A DNA stretch of 64,000 bases, from NCBI GenBank assembly GCA_965240325.2, contig OZ251229.1, positions 1,612,001-1,676,000 on the forward strand. Reading direction: 5' to 3'. The translations under genes were made by a program, and so were the position numbers. Position 1 is the first letter of the stretch. Every line of letters begins with the position of its first letter. The DNA is from Rebecca billardiae RCC1528. Its lineage: Eukaryota > Protista > Haptophyta. Of this stretch, positions 55,484 through 64,000 are shown in pieces. The notes beneath the pieces were generated by a model. It saw nothing but the letters and a program-made list of their open reading frames with translations. It was not told where the DNA came from and made no database searches.

Positions 55484-56114
55484 TGTGCCAGAGTGAGGGG
55501 ACCTTGCCCCTCACAAAGATGCCCCATGTCGGCGTGGCTGGCACGCAACTGCCAGCCACGCCGATCACAATGTGGCACGTGCTTGGTGAGTGCTCGACGA
55601 TGCAGCCGCGCTATTCGGCCGAACCGACGGTGAAATTGTGGCAATTGATCTCCCGTGCGCCGCACTCTCGTCCAGAGAGATTGGAGGGTGCCTGAGGCCT
55701 GAGCTGTGTGCGAGCCTTGTTTTGAGTAAACGTAACTGAGCCCTGCACGATTGCATGCCGAACGTCCCGCCGGCTACTCATGTGAGGCCCGAGTGCTGCA
55801 GGATGACTGCGTAGCTAGTGATCTCGCCTGCCTGAGCTGTGTGCGTCTCTTATTCTTAGCTAGTAAACTGTACCTGCTGATGATGATAGTTCGGTTTTAA
55901 AAACCGAATACTATCTTCCGGGCCGACGCTCTGGACACTACGCGGATGCGTCTCGTCGGACCTGCCGGCTGACCCGAGTCTGAGACGACTGTGCTGGCGC
56001 CCCGCGACTTTATTCGGGCCGTGCACTTCCCCTGCAGCTGGGAGTTTGATGGCGGACCGTATATGAACACATACGTAATGGTGCCGACGAAGCCGCCGGG
56101 GCACGGAGTCCCAA

Positions 56115-56305
56115 CTCATTCTATATGATATAGCAACACAGGTAGGACGGCGCAGGTCTCCTGATTCGTCGTCGGCCGTGCCCGATCGTCGATAAGTCGG
56201 CGTTGGTGGCAGAGCATATATAGCCTGCACGGTGCACCGCGCGATCGAAATTCGAATGGCTTCGGAGCGCGGCCTTGAGCTGCTGGGAGCGCGATCCACC
56301 TGCGC
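56115..56305 (-). repeat. ~190-bp dispersed repeat, inverted homologue of ~61405-61575
   Basis: Shared blocks GCAGGTGGATCGCGCTC, TGCTCTGCCACCAACGCCGACTT and CGACGAATCAGGAGACC. Confidence 0.85.
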
Positions 56306-56515
56306 TGCGCGACTCGCATTGACCTGCTGTGCCCCGAGCGAGGGCGAGGGTGCTAATTATTGATAAGTGATCTGACTCCGCCCCACGTTCGTGGGCTCCA
56401 TCCACCATTCCACCTGCGAGGCTGCGACCGGAATCATCGCCGCCAGCATCGGAGTCATCATCAGCACGACCAGTATTATAAAAGAAACTGGGGCTTGTTA
56501 TGTCAATATGTGTCT

Positions 56516-56635
<120 letters not shown>

Positions 56636-57426
56636 ATCTGGCAGCCTAGAAACTGAGATTAGCGATTGGCTGGTTTGCTATACACATAGTCACATTAATC
56701 ATTGACTCAAAACTGACCGGGACTACGTCGCGGCTCGTGCCGTGCGGTCCGAGGCGCGTGCCCGTGGGACGCAGCACGTGGCCCGACGGCGACTACGAAT
56801 TCGTACAGGCCAGGTCCACTTCTCCTGTAACTGAGTCCTGGCCAACGGTGCACAACCGGTATGCATGCAACATCATGGCATATTTGCTCGTCTAATGAAA
56901 AGGTGGCCCAATGTTTTCCTTCGGCCTCGCCGGCAGGGCCTATAGACTCGGACTCCGAGCGGGGGGCTCTGCCGACCTGTCGGGCCTGCGGGGCGGCCGG
57001 GACGGACCTAGGCCTAGCGGCAGTAGCGCTAGAAAGTGAAGTCGAATTGAGACTCCGTAGGCGACGCTCGGGCCGTCCCGAACGGCTACTACTAAGAAAC
57101 CGAGACTAGGCACTAGCCGTGATGGGCGGATCTCTGCTGACTTCCGAGTATCGCCTGACGCTGATTATCGCGGTCTAATCTGTAATAATAATTATAATAA
57201 TTAGTCGATATGACCGCGTTCCGCGGTCCTTTTTCCGTAGAACGAACGTAGTTCAGGGCCCGCGGTGGCGGTGCACCCTCCGTCGCAGTCGTCTATTGAC
57301 AGACCAGTTGCATATGCCCGTACAACTAGACTCCATCAGCGGCGCGCCGCGGCGCCGCCGCCCGCCGCGCCGGGCGGGCCCATTGCAGCCGCCGGCGCGG
57401 CGCCGATTGTGTACAGGCGGATGCGA

Positions 57427-57729
57427 CGAGGCGTGATCGACGCATGAGCGCGACTCCACGTGCACACCAGGCCACGCGGAGCTGACAGCCAGGGAGCACG
57501 GTGCGGGGCCGCGGATTCGTTCGGGCCGCTGCTGCTGACCGCTGTCCCCGGGGTCACCCCCCGCGCCGGCAGCGCCCGGGAGTAGGGCTGGAGGAGTAGG
57601 GTCCGAGTAGGGTTCGACCAGCGCCTGCGCGACGGCCGACAGGCGGGCGCGAGGCGTGATCGACGCATGAGCGCAACTCTACGTGCACGCCAGGCCACGC
57701 GGAGCTGACAGTCCGAGGGAGCACGGTGC
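57427..57729. repeat. ~80-bp imperfect direct repeat (57427-57505 and 57650-57729)
   Basis: GAGGCGTGATCGACGCATGAGCGC...CCAGGCCACGCGGAGCTGACAG...GGGAGCACGGTGC occurs twice. Confidence 0.85.
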
Positions 57730-58982
57730 CGAGGTGCGAGGGCACCGGTGATCCGGTTCGCGCACTCGCCGCGCGTGCACGGGCAGCTGACACACCTCGA
57801 TCAGGCTCGGCACGCGTTGCAGAGGCACGGCCAGCTCTGGGGACGTCACGCACCACCGTCGCCCGCGCAGCTCGTCCTCCTCGTAGAGTACCGTTCAGTT
57901 CCGAGGCGTAGCCCTCGCTCAGAGTCGACCGACGATGGACTCGGATCGTCGGCGCGCCTGCTCTCTCTCAATCAAGAAGAGTTCTGGGAGACCCCGGAAA
58001 GGCATGGCAAGGGCGGCGCGTGGTGAAGTCGAAGGCTCAGAGATCGATCAGTCCGGCATCAGGCGCCGCTGCCCCCGAGCTTGCGAGAGCCCGAACACAG
58101 GGCGGCGGCTGCGGCGCCGGCTCGCGGACACGCCGGGGCCGCGCAAGGCCGCGCCGAGGCATCGACAGGGCGGCAGGGGCGGCGGGGGCGCGCGGAGTGA
58201 GCGGGGGCACGACGAACGCGATGTCGACGGCAGTCGGGACCCGCCGCAGCCGCGCGCTCCAGGCGCCATTCGCCGCGCGCACCTGCCCATCGCCGTCCTC
58301 ACCCGAGTCGGTCGCTCGTGAGCCTCGTGCCCGTGGCTCGCCTCCAAACGCGGGCCGCCTCTGGTGGGCCGCCGCCCGGGGCCACGCGCGCGCCCAACCA
58401 AGTCCGTTCGCGTCAGATAGTATTGAGATTCGCCGAGGTTGGCCCATCGGCTACTGACCCTTGACTCGTCGGCTCCTGATACAGACACGGCGCGATTGAA
58501 TAGTTGATTCAACTGATTCAAGGGACGTACATGGTCACATCGGTTCGCGGCAATCTCTATATCTAGATACGTCATCGCTCCTTGGACCTTGCTGCAATCT
58601 CATTGGCCGGAAAAATCGCTTGTAACGGTTCGTTACGTTAGGGATCCTAAAGGGCGTGAAGTTTTTTGGACGGGCGTCACTCCACGCTTTACTATGAACT
58701 TGCCGTGGGCGCGACCTTTTTCGACGCTAATGCACCTGTAAGGGAGTCTCAAAATTCGAAACTCGGTCTCCTCCAGCCATGAAAATCGTCCCCCGTCCCT
58801 TTTTTCTTGATCAAAGATCTTTTTGAAACGTTGTTCGGGCCCGCTGGTGCGGGCTCCACGCTGCGCGCTCCGCCCTGCACCGCGGGCCATAATTCGATAA
58901 CTACGACCGCGTTAATAGCTATCGTCTGCTCATAACTACGACTAAAAAGTAGTTAAAATCTGATCAATCGAATGGACTGTAT

Positions 58983-59066
58983 ACACACACACACACACAC
59001 ACACACACATTACACTCACTCACACACACACACACACACACACGAGACACACATCAGATATTGTAG

Positions 59067-59099
<33 letters not shown>
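58983..59099. repeat. Compound (AC)n and (TA)n microsatellites
   Basis: Seen directly. Confidence 0.9.
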
Positions 59100-59102
<3 letters not shown>

Positions 59103-59559
59103 CGACGTGGTATGCAACGGGCAGGCGTCAAAGTCAGCAAGCTGTAGCAGCAGATCGAGTGTCAGCTGAGACAAACACCAGGATCAGCGCTCCTCGCCGT
59201 CGTCCCCCCCCCTCGTAGTCGCCCATCACTCCATCGCCGAGCGGAAGCTCGACGCACCGTCTGGCGTCGACGCGCGCGCGCCACCGCGGTGGTCGCGGTG
59301 CCACGCGTCGTCAGCCGTCGTCTCGAAGTAGTCGTCGTATGCAGCGCCCGCGCGGGCGCGTGCCCCCGCGGGCGCACGTGCGCCATGCGCGCGCTGGGCG
59401 ATGACTATGTCTGTCTATGAGCAATGAGCATCGTCTTGGCCTGGCCACATATGAAATAATAATAAGTATTATTATCATGCTTTTAGTGAATCTGAAATAG
59501 TTATCATTATAATAATAATAATAAATGAACTAATTAATTAAAACGGATCGGTCTAGTTC

Positions 59560-61634
59560 TAGGTGGGCCCACTGGCCACTGTGGGATTATAGTGACGCAG
59601 AGCGCGAGCTCATAGCGCGATGTTTACTTTCGTCTCGAGCTGGATTCCAGCCCCAGGAGATGGCCCCTGGCCTGCCTGGTTAAAAAAACCAGTGGTACAT
59701 GCTGTAAATATAGGGAGTAACGGTGGTCCTGTTTACTTATTGGAAATGGCCTGTGACCAATGTAACGGCCATGTAACGGGCGTCTTAAACGTGATATATA
59801 GGGTCGATAGACGTCACTTTGATATAGCACTTTGATGAGCTGATCATAGGTCTTCAGCAGCATGCACACCCATTGTCACATATACGGCGTATATGGGCAC
59901 TGTGAGAATACGGGATAACGGCCGTTACACCCGTGCGTTACATATACACCGCCATGCTGATCAGCATGGCTGCCATAGTATTTCAGACTGTTTCAGACTG
60001 CTCTCGTAGCAGCCGTACGGCGTGCATGTGACACCTAAGAATTTTTCCAACCCTTCTACCCTCGAAGGATGGGTCTTAAGGAGCCGTGGGCAAAGATTGA
60101 GCCGCACCGAGTCGCGGCGCCAGCCCGCCCGCCGTGGTCAAGGCAAGCAGGAGTGGTGCACGCGGCGCCGGGCCCATCCAGCAGCCCGCAGCGTAAACAC
60201 GGCGGACAAGGTTCGTCGAGAGCTCATCTGTGGCGTTCAAGGCAGGCACTGCTATGCATCGAACGCCTATTCTCATGCCCCGACCTAACCGTTGCTCTAC
60301 ACTGCGACCAAGCTGTGTCCGAGCTGTCCTCAGCTTGACCGTCCTTTGCCTAACTGTGCGCAACGGCCGCTTCGTCGCAGCGCCGAGCTGGCTCGCCGTG
60401 GTGCGCGCGCGCGCGTAGCGATGTGCACTCATCACCGCTTCCTGCGTGGCAGCAGGGCGAGACATGGCTCGCAGGTAAGCTGATACGCCTGCTGACCGTG
60501 CACCGGCGTCGGCGGCGCCACCAACGTCCTCGGGCAGGCTCACGAAGGGCTCAAATCACTGGTGAACGCATCAACTGTACTGTCCGCAGCGAGCACGGCG
60601 CACAGCGGATGACCAAGCAGAGGCGGGGCGACTGCTGTGCGGCCGCGCGGGGGGAGTAGCTGGGCTCTTGAGGTACGCGTAGAGCCACGACAGGGCTCAA
60701 CAAGCGCATCAGCTGCAATCTACCCGGCTTGACGCGCAGCCCGACCTCGTGCAATCGTGTGGCTCGAGGCCCTCCAAGGGGCTCGTAGCTTCCAAACACC
60801 TGAGGTGCGTCGGCACTGAGAGTTGAGTCGAGGCCGGGGAGGTAACAGACGGCACACGCATCCACTTTGACCGCTGTTTGACCATCAGATCCTTCCCCAA
60901 GTGCCCACGATCATGTGAATAGCCACAGCGTTCGGTCACACCGCGCAGACTTCCGGGGACCTGACCGACGAGGCGGGTCTCCGCAGGGCCACAGAAGTAG
61001 CTGGGCCTTGCCAGGATACCATGCATATGCTGTCCGAGTAACGCTCCGGAGTGTCCGAGTTGATTCGAGTGCGTCCCAAGCTCGCGTTGTGCACGCATTA
61101 CAATCCTCAAAGCTGTTCCGGTGTTTGAACGCGCGACTGTCGGCGAGAGATGGCGGACCGGGAAGATGACCCAGGGATGAACCGTTCGTATGGCTCGTTT
61201 CAGAGGGCTACGCAGTATGCCACGGGCGTGCGGCGCAGCGTGCCTCGCATGGTAGGCGGGCAAGCGCGGCGGACAACGCGCTGACGACGCGCACAGGTCG
61301 ATCCCGGTCATCGTTTTCGCGAGCGACCGGCTTCCCGGACCGGGAGTTTGGCGGCCTGGAAAAAAGGGACTTCAGCGCGAGAAAAAGAGCACGGCTGCAG
61401 CCGCGCAGCGCAGGTGGATCGCGCTCCAGCAGCTCAAGGCCGCGCTCAAGCTTTACGATCGCGGTGCAGGCTATGCTCTGCCACCAACGCCGACTTCGTG
61501 TCGACGATCGGGCACTGCCGCCGACGAATCAGGAGACCCGCGTCGTCCTACCTGTGTCGTTAAATCATAGAATGGGTCCGAAAAAGCCAGAGAGATTGTG
61601 TTTTCATTTTTATAAATGGCTGTGGGCCCACCTA
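59560..61634. mobile_element. Non-autonomous TIR DNA transposon (TAGG...CCTA family, copy 2), 7-bp TSD
   Basis: 13-bp perfect TIR TAGGTGGGCCCAC (59560-59572) / GTGGGCCCACCTA (61622-61634). TSD CTAGTTC (59553-59559, 61635-61641). Confidence 0.87.
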
Positions 61635-61733
61635 CTAGTTCAGTTATCGGCAGTAGAAGCGGGCGATGTATGATCGCGATCAATCATCATGATGCGGCGA
61701 CGGCGTCAGTGGGGCGGGCCGTGGCGCGCCGGA

Positions 61734-62973
61734 TCATTGGTACTGCGGATTCCAGCCCTGGCCCGAGCCCTGCGATGGCCCTGGCCCTGGCCCTGGACCC
61801 CAATCGTGCGGCGGTGGGTGGTCGCGTGGCTGCCGTGGCTCGTCACCGACGCCGTTGCCTGAGGCCGAAGGGTACGGCATGTGATGCACGTACGGCCCAC
61901 CTTGTGACGGCAGTGGGCCGGGCACGTACGGGACAGGATGCGGTGGCGGCGCCTGGTGATGCGGAGCTGGCACGTACACGCCGTGCTGCGCCGGCATCGG
62001 CTGCTGCGGCGCGTGCTGGGGCTGCGCCCAGGCAGGTTGAGGAGGCGGGGGAAGCATGTAGACGCCTTGCGCAGTGCGCGCCCCGTCGTAGCCCTTGTAC
62101 ATGGAGGGGTGGTCGTTTCCATACGTCCAGTGCCCGTGCGAGGTTAGGGACGGGTGCGACGATGCCGGATAAGCATGAGGTGGCGGTGGAGCCATGCCCA
62201 TCATGCCGGGGGCGTGTTGCAGCGGCGGCGGTGGCGCTGCCGCAACCGGCCACGGGCCACACGGCGGCGGTCCGAGTTGCGGCGGCCCGTGCGCGGGTGT
62301 CGGCGCGGCCCCGGCTGGCGGCAGATATGAGGGCCCGCAGGGCGCGGCCATCTGCCCCGCCGGCATTGGGGGCGCTCCCGCACCCTGCATGTACATCACC
62401 CACGTCGGCGGCTGCATCGCGCTGTCGCCCTCCGGCCGCTCGACCCGCCGGCGGATTGCTCGTGGCTTGTGACCGGCGCTGACGTCACGCGGCCCTCGCG
62501 CACGAGATGATTGCGAGCCTGAGAGGGCAAGCTCTCTGCGGTGGCCGCTCTGGTCCTGCGGAAGCGCGCAGGGAGCGACGGGCACGGGCCACGGGGCCAG
62601 GGTGAGGCCGCCGCAAAGGGGACGCGTCCACACGGCGCCTTGGTGGGGCCACGTGACTCGTGCGAAGTGGAGGGGGTGGGCGCGGGGCGCGAACCGGGAA
62701 CGTGCAGGGCAGCTTCAGTCGCTGACACCGTCGACACGGGTCGCCGTCGACGCAGGCCACCTTGGATCTGTGGCAATTGTCGCACGCCTGTTTCTTGCTG
62801 AACTCCGGCGCGAGCGACGTGAGGGGCGGCAGTCGGTAAAGCGGCGGCGCGCCGAGGGCGGCGGGGGCTGCGGCGGAGGGCGCATCGACAGCGTCCTCCC
62901 GCGCCAGCGTCTCGCCGCTCTCGCCCGCCGATGGCGCGCCAGCCGCTGCGCTCGCCGCCGCCTCGGCCGACAT
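61734..62973 (-). CDS. Zn(II)2Cys6 binuclear-cluster transcription factor with Pro/His-rich C-terminus; intron 62556-62694
   Basis: KQACDNCHRSKVACVDGDPCRRCQRLKLPC fits Cx2Cx6Cx5Cx2Cx6C. A GT..CGCAG intron joins it in frame to the 61734 ORF. Confidence 0.85.
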
Positions 62974-64000
62974 GAACGAGGGGCGAAAGGTGCGCCAACG
63001 CATGAAGTTCGGCCCGCTCGGGCCAGCTCGGGCCGCAAGCACCCCCTTTGCAGCTGAAAGCTGTCTCGCCTGGGAACTCGAGACTGAACACAAGCTCGAA
63101 AGCCGATACCTTCCACGGGGTTTCGTTTCAAATCCAACCTTTCACCAGAGTTTGAAGCTTATGGCCGCGATGTTTCGGCCAATCAGCTTGCAAGCTTCAC
63201 TTTTCGTCCGTGGATCGGAAGCACTTGATTCGCTTTGGTTGCTGTCACCGGACGACACGCTCTCACAAAGTAAGTAATTCTGCTCTTTGGAAACCCGCGA
63301 AGGCGGAGCGGGGAGTTCTTCACCGGTGCTTGTCCAAGTCTTGCGCCGAGATCTTTACCGAGCTATGATATTAGTATGATAATTGCTGTTGTATTCCATT
63401 CGATTTGTTCGTGGTGCTTACAAGCAAGCGGTTGTTGATTACCCGCTAGTTCAAGTTTGGGAAACTCGATCGCGCGGAGATCAATGATCTGAGCAACCAT
63501 TGGATGCGATCAGTGCGATCCCATCAATGGGCTATCCCATTAATTCGAGCGGGGAAGTGGATCCGGGCTCGTAGTCCGGACATGGAGACTGGTCCGGGCC
63601 CAGTCACCCGGCACTCCGGCTGGCCGACACCCGGTGGCTTTCTCCTAAACCCCTGGACGGGTAAAAACGCCCCCCCCCCCCCCCCCCCTGTGTATTCCGG
63701 GAGGCCGCGACCACTGTCGACGCTGAGTCCGGGCGGCGTCGCCAAGCGGCGGCTGGAGGAGCGACGGGCGCGTGAGCGTGGCGGCTCGCGGCTATCACCG
63801 GCCTTGTGGCACGTAGTCGCGCGTGTGCGCGCCGTCACATTGCGTGTACAACACCAGACGCTGACTCCCATGGCATTGCCACGCCCTGAAGACTGCCTCT
63901 GCACCTTGTGTCTGCGTTCAAATGCTCACGAAGCTGGCTCGCGGCGCTTGTGGCAGTGCCTAGCGTGCAAGAAGCTGCTACAAGTGGTGCCATAGCACTC

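Noticed and set aside
48294-55695. Numerous 60-300-aa ORFs within the foldback stack
   Set aside because: They mirror each other because of the inverted arms, have frame-breaking indels between copies, and show no transposase or other motif.
48191-55870. One large Tc1/mariner-like element bounded by TA|CAGTTTACTA...TAGTAAACTG|TA
   Set aside because: The left 'end' lies inside element A, whose own TIR and 9-bp TSD extend outside it. A templated insertion explains the match more simply.
57256-58888. Possible element bounded by GGCCCGCGGTG / CACCGCGGGCC
   Set aside because: An 11-bp GC-rich match with no TSD; likely chance.
63870-63995. Short Cys-rich ORF (CTLC..CLAC) as a zinc-finger gene
   Set aside because: Only 41 aa at the window edge, with insufficient support.

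Overview
Very GC-rich eukaryotic nuclear DNA from a chlorophyll-c alga. The FCP/Lhcf genes, a signal-peptide-bearing phosphate translocator and short GC-rich GT-AG introns suggest a haptophyte, plausibly Pavlovales; this assignment is inference. Positions 1-48 kb are gene-dense, with many head-to-head pairs: MAP3K, sulfotransferase, BAR/auxilin J-protein, saposin/KDEL protein, PP1, bestrophin, discoidin protein, DUF6940-like protein, a stand-alone dynein MTBD protein, FBPase next to a TPT, DENN, F-box/RCC1, DSP, an inverted near-identical Lhcf pair, a CRT-like transporter, a C1orf109-like gene, MgsA/WRNIP1 and a TPR-like protein. A Zn2Cys6 transcription factor lies at about 62 kb. The most striking non-genic structure is a set of non-autonomous DNA transposons whose ends and target-site duplications (TSDs) can be read directly. 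(i) Four long-arm foldback elements (48180-55483, 7.3 kb) are stacked side by side in a reconstructed empty site of about 40 bp, just upstream of a gene. (ii) Two 1.1-kb CAAGGG...CCCTTG foldbacks have 7-bp TSDs. (iii) Two TAGG...CCTA elements have 13-bp co-varying TIRs and 7-bp TSDs. (iv) One internally deleted hAT element has an 8-bp TSD. Most insertion loci sit 80-270 bp from a start codon. Exon boundaries were derived by hand and family names come from motif recognition; no database search was run.
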